From a virus: a stretch of 64,000 bases of DNA. Where the stretch lies: positions 8,497 through 72,496 of IMG/VR virus record IMGVR_UViG_3300047554_000536; one strand, written 5' to 3'. The notes under the pieces were generated by a model that saw nothing but the letters and a program-made list of their open reading frames with translations, searched no databases and was not told the DNA's origin. Shown piece after piece: positions 45,238 to 55,034 of the stretch (its first letter is position 1; each line of letters begins with the position of its first letter). The position numbers and the translations under genes are program-made.

Positions 45238-45591
45238 ATGACAAATTATCCACAAGCAATCGAGGAGAAGCTCGATTTTATTGTCGAGGCAGTCTTAGAG
45301 ACCATCGACGATCAGTATCCAATCAGAGAAGAGTTTGTAAGAGAAGTCTTCGGAGAGGTATTATTTCAGCACTGGCTCACAGGTAGTGATGAACCACCGG
45401 TGGATGAGGAAGGCTTTGAAAGACTCATGAAGATAGCTGTAGCTAAGAGTATTTTCCAAGAGCTCCAGGATCGAGGTTTTATTGATAGCATCGAGGGTGA
45501 CGACGATATTGAGTATGTCTTCGTTACGGCTAAAGGTAAAGAGAAGATCAAAGATCGTACAGATGAGTTATTTAACATTAATCTAAACTAA
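45238..45591 (+). CDS. hypothetical acidic protein (winged-helix-like C-terminus)
   Basis: ORF after promoter 45179-45210; VTAKGK. Confidence 0.6.
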   Translation: MTNYPQAIEEKLDFIVEAVLETIDDQYPIREEFVREVFGEVLFQHWLTGSDEPPVDEEGFERLMKIAVAKSIFQELQDRGFIDSIEGDDDIEYVFVTAKGKEKIKDRTDELFNINLN

Positions 45592-45592
45592 G

Positions 45593-45985
45593 ATGAGAGT
45601 GGAAGAAAAGTTTTCTAAGTATTTCAGAGATAGTATCTCAGTAGGTGATGATTTGTGGTTAGTGTTTGAGCGTGATCAGTATCATAAAGGTACTAAGTCA
45701 GATGCAGTAGAAGTTAGGTTGCATGATAATCACACTCACTCAACTACAAGACTAGCTACATTCCATAACGGACGATGGACATCTCCCAACTCTCGCAATG
45801 CTGAATTGTATTGGTCGTATGTTAAAGCTTACCAGTATCAGAGTACAGTACGTCGAATATTAGAACGACTAACTTGTTCCGTAAGAGACCTTGCTCCAGT
45901 TGCAATCGAATGGAATTGTCTCACTCGCAGATTCAAATTACAATCAATCAAAGTATCACGTAAAATCAAAAAAGCAATAAATTAA
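45593..45985 (+). CDS. hypothetical protein
   Basis: ORF track. Confidence 0.6.
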   Translation: MRVEEKFSKYFRDSISVGDDLWLVFERDQYHKGTKSDAVEVRLHDNHTHSTTRLATFHNGRWTSPNSRNAELYWSYVKAYQYQSTVRRILERLTCSVRDLAPVAIEWNCLTRRFKLQSIKVSRKIKKAIN

Positions 45986-45996
45986 AAACCAAAGTT

Positions 45997-46329
45997 ATGA
46001 AAAACACAATTAACTCAGAAAAAGTAAAGAACTTCTTTAGTAAATTCCTTAACAACTTACTCATTGTTGTTGCTCTAGGACTCGGTTTCACGATTGGCTA
46101 CTATACTTATATGTTCAAAAGCAAAGAGCATGTGAGTAAGGATACCAATCCCTATCACAACGTCAAGTACCCACAAACAATCTCTGTAGCTGTCAATGAC
46201 GCTAACGAGATGTTGATCATCGATCGAAGTACTGGCAGTTATCAAGTTTACTCAGATTCGGTTGGTATGATGATCTTCAAGCTCTATGCAGGAAAGATTT
46301 ATCAGAATGTTAACGAATCCGGGAAGTAA
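45997..46329 (+). CDS. membrane protein
   Basis: One TM helix; coupled to SLT gene. Confidence 0.6.
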   Translation: MKNTINSEKVKNFFSKFLNNLLIVVALGLGFTIGYYTYMFKSKEHVSKDTNPYHNVKYPQTISVAVNDANEMLIIDRSTGSYQVYSDSVGMMIFKLYAGKIYQNVNESGK

Positions 46330-46850
46330 TGAATAAAGTAAAACTATTGGGATTGCTAGCCGCAGCTTTATGCGCGCTAGCTTTCTCCCAGACCATCAAC
46401 GAAAGCGCTACTACTGAGATATCCCAATTGGATAATCATAGAAGCGTACAGCCAAATGATCCGCCTTGTTTGCAGATGTACCATCACATAGAGCAGTATG
46501 CTGATAGTTTCAACATACCAAAAAAATATGCTTATGGTATCGCTTATGCTGAAACGAGATACAGAGGTCCATTCCATTGGAAGTATAATCACAAACAGAC
46601 CTCGAGTGCTGGTGCAGTAGGACCAATGCAGATCATGCCATCTACAGCAGACTACATTAATAAGGAACACATATCTACAAATGAGCTGCGTAGCGATATA
46701 GAATATAATGTTAGAACTAGTATGAAGTTACTGCGCAACCTATATGACAAGTACGGTGATTGGAAGACTGTGTTTGGTTGTTACAATACTGGACGTCCTT
46801 GCGTCAATGGTTATGCTGTAGCAGTATACAATTTTGAACCAACCTGGTAA
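46329..46850 (+). CDS. lytic transglycosylase (SLT domain)
   Basis: Signal peptide; AET, SSAGAVGPMQIMP, YNTG. Confidence 0.85.
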   Translation: MNKVKLLGLLAAALCALAFSQTINESATTEISQLDNHRSVQPNDPPCLQMYHHIEQYADSFNIPKKYAYGIAYAETRYRGPFHWKYNHKQTSSAGAVGPMQIMPSTADYINKEHISTNELRSDIEYNVRTSMKLLRNLYDKYGDWKTVFGCYNTGRPCVNGYAVAVYNFEPTW

Positions 46851-46851
46851 T

Positions 46852-47154
46852 ATGTCAGCAGATTATGATCAATTAATGAGATCCATCGAGTATGGTAAAT
46901 CTCTCAGTCCAGTCATCTACGGAGAAGATGCTGCGATATTAAAAGAACGAATGCAGGGTTATCCTGACCACTCAGATAACTCAGTACTACAATGGGTATT
47001 CGATACACTCGATCCCATTACACTAGATAATGAGTGGGCATACAATGATGTGCAAGCCATCTTAGATAGTTGGTTGTTAGAAGAGCTAACTCCTGCTCAA
47101 GCTCGTCAGAAGCTAAAGGAGGTTTGGGAAGAATATTTTGATTTTGGATGCTAA
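46852..47154 (+). CDS. hypothetical protein
   Basis: ATG 46852 preferred. Confidence 0.55.
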   Translation: MSADYDQLMRSIEYGKSLSPVIYGEDAAILKERMQGYPDHSDNSVLQWVFDTLDPITLDNEWAYNDVQAILDSWLLEELTPAQARQKLKEVWEEYFDFGC

Positions 47155-47633
47155 TGGATACAGAGAAGTTGTTAGAAGGTTTAGAGTTGATAAAGCAATT
47201 CTGTGATGAGAATGGAATAGGTGATGTGTTGTATAATCAGAAGTACTTAGAACTACTAGCAGCTGAGAAACATGGTGTATCCTATAATCCAGAACCACAA
47301 GGTCCAGATGCCTACAATCCAATCACAAAAGGTCACATTGAGATCAAATGTTGTAGAGAGGGTGGTAGTTGGCAGTTTCATTGGCTATCAAATAACAAGA
47401 TGCAGAAACTTAGAGATACTGAGCAGATGATTCTAGCTATACATGATGGTTATCGTATTGTCAGAAGTTATCAGCTAATGCCATCTGAGTGTAGTAAGTT
47501 GAAAAGCCTGATTGAATCAAAAGCGACTGGTACAACGAGTATCAGTGGTCATAAGAGTTTTTCGGAGAAACAGCTCAAGAAAATAGGTCTAATAAGCGAT
47601 TCGCTCATTATTAGTGGAACTCTAACTAACTGA
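47148..47633 (+). CDS. restriction-endonuclease-like PD-(D/E)XK protein
   Basis: E.L.A, GPDAY...HIEIK, WQFH. Confidence 0.55.
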   Translation: MLMDTEKLLEGLELIKQFCDENGIGDVLYNQKYLELLAAEKHGVSYNPEPQGPDAYNPITKGHIEIKCCREGGSWQFHWLSNNKMQKLRDTEQMILAIHDGYRIVRSYQLMPSECSKLKSLIESKATGTTSISGHKSFSEKQLKKIGLISDSLIISGTLTN

Positions 47634-47676
47634 TAATCAGTCAGTTACATTTTTTTAAAAAATATTTGCCTAAACT

Positions 47677-47738
47677 GTTGCAAAAACGGTTTTGTGGTTG
47701 TATCTTTACACTGTTAAAGAAACACAATCACACACACT
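47677..47738 (+). promoter_or_regulatory. promoter plus ACACAC leader cassette
   Basis: GTTGC 47677 + TATCTTTA 47701; leader ends CACACACACTATG. Confidence 0.75.
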
Positions 47739-48707
47739 ATGGCATATCAAATGGCCGGTTCAGCTTACCGCACAAAAAGCTACAATAGACAACAAGTTCA
47801 GAAACCAAGAGTACCTGTACAGATTCAGGTCCCAGCTCACATGAACGAGGCTCATGCCTGGTTGATGAAGTATAATGGGATGTTTGACCTATTACTTGAC
47901 CTACGTAATAAGTTGTTGAAGTATGGTCAGCTGTCAGACAAGCAGTGGGGTGCAATCGATAGATGTAAGAGACGTGAGGAGCTTACTAAGAAGGCTGCAG
48001 ATCCAACTACAGTGTTAGTTAACTCATGTCATGTTCCTATTGTAGTTAGTCCTACCTCAGCTCGTTACATTGCTAAGGTGCATAAGTGGCCAATGAACCC
48101 ATGTACATTAACTGTTACTCAGATCAAGTCTGTTGATCATCGTGGAATGACTCTACGAGTGAAGCCTGACTGGGATAGTAACGTATCGGTATGCCGTTGT
48201 TGTGCAAAGTCATTAACTGACTGGAGGTCTCAAGCTACTGGTGTAGGTCCAATCTGTGTGAAAGGTACTGGTATTAGTTATGTACGTAACCAAGCCGATG
48301 TAGCTCGCTTCCAGCAGGAGATTAAACAGCTTGCTGCTAATATGGGTGAGGTTGAAGTTTATATCAAGAAGTGGCACTTGAAGGAGGGTATGAATGGTCT
48401 TAACCACCTCGTTCAGAATGCTACACCTTCTAAGATAGAGCTTCCAACTATATCGGAAGATCATATCATTCCTTTCCAGCATTTCGATTGGAATCCAACT
48501 CTCAGAGTACTTAGCATTCCATCGTTTAAGGTTCCATTCTTTACACCAATCATGAACGAGATGCCACTTGTTATAGGAGTGCGCAGTTTACGTACTGGAA
48601 CCGTAGCCAACTTCTTCTTACATACTGCGGTTAGAACTGATGGCATTATGCTCTACACCTCTACTAATCTAGAGGATCCAATCAAAGTCGAAATTCAGGT
48701 AAAATAA
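47739..48707 (+). CDS. protein with DUF6011-like zinc motif
   Basis: CRCCAKSLTD..S...GVGPIC; LSDKQW. Confidence 0.65.
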   Translation: MAYQMAGSAYRTKSYNRQQVQKPRVPVQIQVPAHMNEAHAWLMKYNGMFDLLLDLRNKLLKYGQLSDKQWGAIDRCKRREELTKKAADPTTVLVNSCHVPIVVSPTSARYIAKVHKWPMNPCTLTVTQIKSVDHRGMTLRVKPDWDSNVSVCRCCAKSLTDWRSQATGVGPICVKGTGISYVRNQADVARFQQEIKQLAANMGEVEVYIKKWHLKEGMNGLNHLVQNATPSKIELPTISEDHIIPFQHFDWNPTLRVLSIPSFKVPFFTPIMNEMPLVIGVRSLRTGTVANFFLHTAVRTDGIMLYTSTNLEDPIKVEIQVK

Positions 48708-48728
48708 TTTAAAAAAGTTTGCCTAACT

Positions 48729-48793
48729 GTTGCAAACACGGAAATAAGGTATGACCTTTACAGAGTAAAAGAGAAACAATTAACACACACAAT
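48729..48793 (+). promoter_or_regulatory. promoter plus ACACAC leader cassette
   Basis: GTTGC + GACCTTTAC + AGTAAAAG..AACAATTAACACACACAAT. Confidence 0.8.
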
Positions 48794-48949
48794 ATGAAAA
48801 ACGAAGTTTTAGAAATGTTCAGAGTTCTTAACGAGGCTCGCAAAGAAGATCCGAAAGAGTTTTATAGCAGCATTGCTTTCATGGTATTATTGTTCGGTGG
48901 CTTTTATGCTGCAGTTTGGATTGATGCCATCATCAACGGTCGAGTTTAA
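48794..48949 (+). CDS. small membrane protein (51 aa)
   Basis: Read by hand: MKNEVLEMFRVLNE...IINGRV. Confidence 0.6.
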   Translation: MKNEVLEMFRVLNEARKEDPKEFYSSIAFMVLLFGGFYAAVWIDAIINGRV

Positions 48950-48976
48950 TTTTTGTAATCAATAAATAATAGATAT

Positions 48977-49354
48977 ATGTCACACACATTAGAATCAAAT
49001 TCAGTATCAGAATTGAAGAGTTTAGTTTGGAAACTCAAACGCGAAAACATGAGACAGTACATTCACAACTTATTGTTGCGTTTCATGAAAGAAAAGTCTA
49101 ACAACAAAGTTAAGCTCCATGAGTTTAAGAAGTGGCTTAATGAGGAGCGTAAGTCTGGAAATCCTCGAGTGTTGGAAGCACAAAGTTACTACGTGGATTC
49201 GGGGTTCACTGGTAGTGGTTGGAACTCAGGTCCTTGGTGCAATGCTCCTTACTTCTTTTGGGAGTTTGATCGTCTCAATCGTTGGTTGGCTAATGTGCCT
49301 ACTCTAACAATGAGCAAAGAAAATAATCGTATCATGTTAACTCAAGCTATATAA
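48977..49354 (+). CDS. hypothetical protein
   Basis: ORF track. Confidence 0.65.
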   Translation: MSHTLESNSVSELKSLVWKLKRENMRQYIHNLLLRFMKEKSNNKVKLHEFKKWLNEERKSGNPRVLEAQSYYVDSGFTGSGWNSGPWCNAPYFFWEFDRLNRWLANVPTLTMSKENNRIMLTQAI

Positions 49355-49355
49355 T

Positions 49356-49544
49356 ATGTCAGAAAATAAATCATCAAGTAACGGAATAGGTCTAGGGACT
49401 GTATTATTTTTAATCTTCTTAACCTTAAAGCTGGCTGAGGTTGGTCCAGTGCAATATTGGTCATGGTGGTGGGTGTTTGCTCCACTTTGGATTCCATTGG
49501 TCATGGTATTAATCATAGTTGGTATTATTGCAATCCTGAAGTAA
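49356..49544 (+). CDS. small membrane protein (WSWWWV.APLW type)
   Basis: LFLIFLTLKL...WSWWWVFAPLWIP. Confidence 0.7.
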   Translation: MSENKSSSNGIGLGTVLFLIFLTLKLAEVGPVQYWSWWWVFAPLWIPLVMVLIIVGIIAILK

Positions 49545-49780
49545 TGAGTGATATCGTTTTAGACATAAAGAACAAGATGTTGGAGTGTGGCTACGAAGAG
49601 AGCCAACTCCAATTCTGGATGAAGGGTGACATACTCTACATGAGAATAGGTTTCTGGAATGAGATTGATCCTGATGCACATTTCAAACTAGCTAATGCTG
49701 GTATTGTGTTCTACGAAGATCGTTACGAAGACGACGACTGCAAGCCACGATACTCATACGAGTTGAACATCGGTTCATAA
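49544..49780 (+). CDS. hypothetical protein
   Basis: ATG 49544 by TAATG coupling. Confidence 0.55.
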   Translation: MSDIVLDIKNKMLECGYEESQLQFWMKGDILYMRIGFWNEIDPDAHFKLANAGIVFYEDRYEDDDCKPRYSYELNIGS

Positions 49781-49815
49781 CTTGTTCATAACTTTGAAAA
49801 AAAATCAAAGGAATA

Positions 49816-49882
49816 GTTGCAAACTCGAGAAATTGGTAGGACCTTTACAAAGTAAAAGGGAAACAATTAAAACACACACAAT
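49816..49882 (+). promoter_or_regulatory. promoter plus ACACAC leader cassette
   Basis: GTTGC + GACCTTTAC + AAGTAAAAGGGAAACAATTAAAACACACACAAT. Confidence 0.8.
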
Positions 49883-50695
49883 ATGAAAACTATGGAATTA
49901 ACAAACGCAGAATTAGAGATGATCGCTAAACAACGTCAGGCAGAAGCTGAACTCGAAGCTAAGAAACAAGAAGCTGTTGAGACTATGTTCAGTAAAGAAA
50001 AGCTTGCTGCTGATAGTCGTGTTGCTAAGATTGTCGGTCAAGGTAACGCTCAGGTAGAAGCTGCTAAAGAATTTGCTGCTGCACTAGGTTCTGGTTACAC
50101 TCTTAAAACTGAGATGAGAACTGCTAGTGAAAAAGCTTACAAACGTGACTACAACTCACGTGAGATTTTGGAGGAATATGAAGCTACTTGTGAGTATCCT
50201 TTCGCTGAGATTGTTCGTGCAGGTTATACCATCAGAGTTCAAGAACACGTATCTTATGCTGGCTGGTCACGTCATGGTAAGAGCCATGGATACAAGATGT
50301 ATGTGAGTGGTGCTGGTATTGACTACAAGACTTCGAATCGTGGTTACAAGAACACCAAGAAGGTTGATGAGTTAATTACTGAAACTATCGAAGCTATCGA
50401 AGCTAAGAAAGCTCACGAGAATAAACAAAAGAGTGCTGTGGAGCAGGTTGTTGCTGAGTTGTCTGCACAATTCCCAACAGCTGAAGTTACTTCAGGTAGA
50501 AACTATCGCTACAATCAATATGCTAGTCGCAACCGTCAGTATACTGAGTATGATGCGGTTGTTGTTAAGTTGGAGAATGGTATCAGTATGGAGTACCGAG
50601 TGTATGCTGATAAGAGTCTGGAGCGAATGAAGATTGAGTATCCTAAAACAAGCGCTGTCGAGTTAATAAACCAGTTAAACACTTTAAAATTTTAA
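49883..50695 (+). CDS. hypothetical protein (strong codon bias)
   Basis: 270 aa ORF after promoter cassette. Confidence 0.75.
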   Translation: MKTMELTNAELEMIAKQRQAEAELEAKKQEAVETMFSKEKLAADSRVAKIVGQGNAQVEAAKEFAAALGSGYTLKTEMRTASEKAYKRDYNSREILEEYEATCEYPFAEIVRAGYTIRVQEHVSYAGWSRHGKSHGYKMYVSGAGIDYKTSNRGYKNTKKVDELITETIEAIEAKKAHENKQKSAVEQVVAELSAQFPTAEVTSGRNYRYNQYASRNRQYTEYDAVVVKLENGISMEYRVYADKSLERMKIEYPKTSAVELINQLNTLKF

Positions 50696-50794
50696 TATGA
50701 AAAAAGACGATTTAAAAATAGCTTTGCTAGTCATTGGTTGGTTCATTGTCATTGGAATCATTGCCTCATTATTTGCTTAATAAATTAATACAAT

Positions 50795-51052
50795 ATGCCA
50801 TACTTTAACACAGAAATAGATATCGATGTTGATGAGTTCCTAGATGAGTGTACTCCAGGTGACATCCATGATGTAATTCAATACCTTCGTGAGGAGGGTC
50901 ACCTTAGCAGTGAGAACTCAATTCCAACTCAAGAGATGAATGTCTTGGATCTTGAATGGGCTGAGGTAATCAATAAGTTGAGTGGTAATGCTCGCTTGTC
51001 GCTGACTACTGAGGAAGAGGATTTAATCAGAAAAATTGCAAATAGGTTATGA
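50795..51052 (+). CDS. hypothetical acidic protein
   Basis: ORF track. Confidence 0.6.
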   Translation: MPYFNTEIDIDVDEFLDECTPGDIHDVIQYLREEGHLSSENSIPTQEMNVLDLEWAEVINKLSGNARLSLTTEEEDLIRKIANRL

Positions 51053-51657
51053 TAGATAACACTGAACAAATAAGATCGCTGCTGAACTTTGAAGAGGATT
51101 ACTTCTACTTCATTCAGATCATTCAGCGTAAGAAAGAGGTTCCGGATCTAGGATCCAACAATAGAATCATACGTTCGTATAACATTAGCAGCCTTGAGAA
51201 GTTCGATAAGAATATCGAAGAGATTAAGTTGCTGTGTAAGACTTTCAACGCACGAGCATACATCCATTTGAATAGACGTAAGTGGAGTAGAATCGCTCTA
51301 GAGTGTTTGAGACACAATGCAGAGCTTATTGCCTCAGGACAGCATGATGGAATTAAGTCCAGCTTCGAGACTGTCGTTGGTCGTAACAATTGTGAACCGA
51401 CTGAGAGTAAGACTTGGATTGTCGATATCGATACTAAGGATGAGTTAGTCATTCATAGAATTGCTCATATCATTGATTCAGTTATGAAACCAGATGGACC
51501 GAAGATCCTCTATTGTATACCAACTAAGAATGGCTACCACTTGATCACTAAGAAGTTTGATGTTATGTCGTTCAACAAGTACTTGTCATTACAAGGAGAT
51601 GTTCCAGAAATTCACAAAGACAATCCAACAATTTTATTTGTCCCAGATGTTGTCTAA
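51049..51657 (+). CDS. hypothetical protein, possibly AEP/primase-polymerase-like
   Basis: WIVDID and TKNGYHLI motifs. Confidence 0.5.
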   Translation: MIDNTEQIRSLLNFEEDYFYFIQIIQRKKEVPDLGSNNRIIRSYNISSLEKFDKNIEEIKLLCKTFNARAYIHLNRRKWSRIALECLRHNAELIASGQHDGIKSSFETVVGRNNCEPTESKTWIVDIDTKDELVIHRIAHIIDSVMKPDGPKILYCIPTKNGYHLITKKFDVMSFNKYLSLQGDVPEIHKDNPTILFVPDVV

Positions 51658-51684
51658 TCAAAACAAATGTAGTATCTTTACAAT

Positions 51685-52083
51685 ATGAAAGCTTTATATC
51701 TAGTCAGAGGAGTGCCTGGAGCAGGCAAGTCAACATTCGCTAAGTCATTAGGTGGTACACACTTTGAGACTGACGAGTTCTTTATGGACAAAGGTGAGTA
51801 TAAGTTTGATCCAACCAAGATCAAAGAAGCACACCAGTCGTGTCAGAATTGGGTCAACACAGCTATGATTGTTAATCATACAACTGGAATGCATGAGACT
51901 ATTGTAGTGTCTAACACATTCACTCAGGAGTGGGAGATGCAGCCTTACTATGATATGGCAAAGGCTTGGGGTTATAGAGTGTACTCTGTGATTGTTGAGA
52001 ATCGTCATGAGGGTGTTAATCAGCATGGTGTTCCAGAAGAGAAGCTACAACAAATGAAAGATCGTTTTGAAGTAAAACTATAA
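51685..52083 (+). CDS. P-loop polynucleotide-kinase-like protein (AAA_33)
   Basis: RGVPGAGKST, VVSNT, HGVP..K...M; promoter at 51649-51680. Confidence 0.8.
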   Translation: MKALYLVRGVPGAGKSTFAKSLGGTHFETDEFFMDKGEYKFDPTKIKEAHQSCQNWVNTAMIVNHTTGMHETIVVSNTFTQEWEMQPYYDMAKAWGYRVYSVIVENRHEGVNQHGVPEEKLQQMKDRFEVKL

Positions 52084-52086
52084 GAT

Positions 52087-52455
52087 ATGAACGGACCTAG
52101 AGATAATATAAACAATATCAACTTTGGAAAGTATACAAACATTCCCGTTAAGGTTGAAAAAATTGAAGACACTAAATTCGATAACAATCATCCAAATGGA
52201 TATAATCCAGGATTTGTAATCGAGGCATGCATGGTCAGCTTACTGACTAGCAACCAGTATTGCTCTTTGTTTGTGACTTATGGAGACCGTTGGTTTGCTA
52301 CTTCACAAGTACAAAAGCAGGAAGAGTTTGAAGGTTATGATTTGCTACACACACTAAACTCAGTGTACAAAGTAACACCAATCTTCACAGCAATTCCAGG
52401 AGTGCAGGAGAAGTATTCATTAACACTAGAAACCGATGGCGAAGAGATTGACTAG
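52087..52455 (+). CDS. hypothetical protein
   Basis: HPNG, F.TS.V, TLNSVY pattern. Confidence 0.6.
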   Translation: MNGPRDNINNINFGKYTNIPVKVEKIEDTKFDNNHPNGYNPGFVIEACMVSLLTSNQYCSLFVTYGDRWFATSQVQKQEEFEGYDLLHTLNSVYKVTPIFTAIPGVQEKYSLTLETDGEEID

Positions 52456-52720
52456 AGAGCAAAAGCAAGAGCAAGCGGTTGTTGATCTTATCAACAAGAT
52501 GTTTGAGATTGCTGGACATGAGGTTACTTACAATGACATCTTAGGGGTGGACAACTGGTTCCAACAGTACACAATGACTATGAAGCAGTCAGAGGAGTTT
52601 AGAGATTGGGGTAAGAAGTATCTTGTTAAGACATTTCGAATGTCAGCCAAGAGAGCAGAGAACGAAATGATGTGGTTTAATTTACAATGGGGTTTAAAAT
52701 ATTCAGACTATGGAAAATAA
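52436..52720 (+). CDS. hypothetical protein
   Basis: ORF track. Confidence 0.6.
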   Translation: MAKRLTREQKQEQAVVDLINKMFEIAGHEVTYNDILGVDNWFQQYTMTMKQSEEFRDWGKKYLVKTFRMSAKRAENEMMWFNLQWGLKYSDYGK

Positions 52721-53834
52721 TAATAGCGTATGTTACATTGGTACAATCGGAGAGATTCTACCAATAAGTGGAGCAGATAATATCGAGCTAGCGTTGGTCG
52801 GTGGCTGGCAAGCTATCATCAAGAAGGATGCATATGAGGTGAATGATTTAGTTATGATAGCTACTACAGATGCTATTATTCCACAAGCGCTTTCAGATGA
52901 TATGAATGTCACTAGCTACCTACGCAAAGGTGGACGTGTGCGCACTGTTAAGTTGAGAGGTGTGTACTCAGAGTGCTTGATTATTCCAGTACAATACATT
53001 CCATTCATGGATAACTACTACGATGGTAAGGACATGATGGACGTGATGGGTATCTACAAATACGAACCACCAGTACGTCAGGTACAATTATCATCAGGTC
53101 GTAAGATCCGATACCAAGATAATCCTAACTTCCATATCTACTACAAGTTTCCTAACCTAAAGAATGTAGCTGGAATGTTTACTGAGGGTGATTTAGTTGA
53201 GATTACTAGAAAGATTCATGGTACAAATGCTCGCTATGGTATTGTGAAGAAGGCGAAGCTATCTTTGTGGGATAAGGTTAGAAAGTTCTTTACAAACAAT
53301 CCATGGATCGAGTATGAGTATGTGTACGGATCACATAACGTGGAGAAAGGTTCTGACTCTCAAGGATTCTACGATACTGATGTGTGGGCAACAATTGCAG
53401 AAAAGCATGATATTAAGAATGCATTGTGGGATTACGCTAAGACTCAAGGTCACAAAGCAATTGGTGAAGGTATTGTATTGTATGGAGAAATCTACGGAGC
53501 CGGTATTCAAAAGAATTACGACTACGGACTGAGCCATACTGACTTCATGGGCTTTGATGTTAAGGTTAATGGTGAGTACGTCTCTACTTACAGAGCTTGG
53601 AAAATTATTGAGCATCAGTTAAATTTGGAATATGTACCAATCTTACACTACGGTGAATGGTCTCAGGAGATCCAAGACAAGTACACATTCAACAACTATG
53701 TTGGAGATTCAAAGGTACCACACGAAGGTATTGTTATCAAATACTTCGACGGTTCACGTAACAAAGTAGCTAAGGTGATCAATCCAGATTACTTGATCTA
53801 TGGAGAGAAGCATGACGTAGGAGATTCACACTAA
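52710..53834 (+). CDS. RNA ligase, DRB0094/Rnl2-like
   Basis: N-terminal OB (GADNIE, KLRGVYSE); KIHGTN, YGEIYG.GIQKN, FDV, EGIV, KVINPDY. Confidence 0.9.
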   Translation: MENNNSVCYIGTIGEILPISGADNIELALVGGWQAIIKKDAYEVNDLVMIATTDAIIPQALSDDMNVTSYLRKGGRVRTVKLRGVYSECLIIPVQYIPFMDNYYDGKDMMDVMGIYKYEPPVRQVQLSSGRKIRYQDNPNFHIYYKFPNLKNVAGMFTEGDLVEITRKIHGTNARYGIVKKAKLSLWDKVRKFFTNNPWIEYEYVYGSHNVEKGSDSQGFYDTDVWATIAEKHDIKNALWDYAKTQGHKAIGEGIVLYGEIYGAGIQKNYDYGLSHTDFMGFDVKVNGEYVSTYRAWKIIEHQLNLEYVPILHYGEWSQEIQDKYTFNNYVGDSKVPHEGIVIKYFDGSRNKVAKVINPDYLIYGEKHDVGDSH

Positions 53835-53860
53835 TAAGTTAAATAAGTAAATAAGTTACA

Positions 53861-54991
53861 ATGAGTATAATTCAATCAGGGCATCGCTTAACATTCACGG
53901 ATGTAGATGCAACGTATGACCAGTTGCCAGCAGGTAACTACATGCTAAAGAGAGACCCACGCAGTGGAGAGTTCTATCTAGTACAGAAGGAAGACTTCGT
54001 AATGCCTAAGAAGGTGTATGGAGACCATTCGATTGTAGATCGATGGTTGGAGTCTTGGAAGCACAACAGCAACAAGAACCTAGGTATCTTACTAACGGGA
54101 CTGAAAGGTACCGGTAAGACAATCACAGCACAGAAGTTCTGTATGGACTCTCAGCTGCCAGTGATCATTGTTGGTGAGCCTTATGAAGGTTCTGAGTTTG
54201 TGGACTTCCTTACGAATCCTAAGTTGGGACAGTGCATCATCTTTATCGATGAGTTCGAGAAGGTGTACAATAGAGATAACCAATACGATATGTTATCGTT
54301 AATGGATGGTAACTATAGCACTCGATTGATCTTCTTACTGACGGTGAACGAGGAGCGTATCAACGAGTACTTGATCAACCGACTTAATCGAATCAAGTAC
54401 CGCAAAGCGTATGGTGACTTAGAGTTCGAACTAGTCGATGAGGTGATTGACGATATGTTGATCAACAAAGACCACCGAGAGTCTATTCATCAATTCTTTG
54501 AGAAAGTGAACATGCGTACATTCGACTTGTTGACAAACCTCATCAAGGAGATGAATTTGTTCAATGAGGATGCGATTGCATGTGGACGACACCTGAATCT
54601 TAAAGCGGAGTCTAAGTACTACAATGTAGTCGAAGTCTTTGACGGGCATGAGTTTGAATGCTACCCAACAAGCTGGGTGCCTGGGAATGATATAGAGATT
54701 TCTCGTAAGGCTGTGGATCACGTTGAGGCGACTAGACCAGAGAAGAAGTCTAAGAAACTTAACGAAAAGCAGTCGGTGGTAGAGAGGCTATTGAGCGAGA
54801 GCGCAGAGCAGCCTATGCCACAAGAGAATCCAGAATTAGTTTTACCAGGTTATTGGGAGTTCTCGCTTGACCCACACGAGTACGATATCGTGGATCGCAA
54901 AGGCAAAACCATCGTGATTCAGCCTATTGGGTTTCCTAGAGTTCAGTATCGCTTGAAGGAGCAAGGCACAAGAGCTTCGTTAGTTTTTTAA
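53861..54991 (+). CDS. AAA+ ATPase
   Basis: GLKGTGKT, IFIDEFEK, NR..RI.Y. Confidence 0.85.
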   Translation: MSIIQSGHRLTFTDVDATYDQLPAGNYMLKRDPRSGEFYLVQKEDFVMPKKVYGDHSIVDRWLESWKHNSNKNLGILLTGLKGTGKTITAQKFCMDSQLPVIIVGEPYEGSEFVDFLTNPKLGQCIIFIDEFEKVYNRDNQYDMLSLMDGNYSTRLIFLLTVNEERINEYLINRLNRIKYRKAYGDLEFELVDEVIDDMLINKDHRESIHQFFEKVNMRTFDLLTNLIKEMNLFNEDAIACGRHLNLKAESKYYNVVEVFDGHEFECYPTSWVPGNDIEISRKAVDHVEATRPEKKSKKLNEKQSVVERLLSESAEQPMPQENPELVLPGYWEFSLDPHEYDIVDRKGKTIVIQPIGFPRVQYRLKEQGTRASLVF

Positions 54992-54998
54992 CGAAGCT
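54973..54998 (+). terminator. hairpin at the ATPase 3' end, adjacent to promoter 54999-55030
   Basis: AGCTTCGTTA/TAACGAAGCT perfect 10-bp stem; no U-tract. Confidence 0.4.
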
Positions 54999-55034
54999 GT
55001 TGCAAAATCGAAATAAAGTTATTATCTTTAGGTT

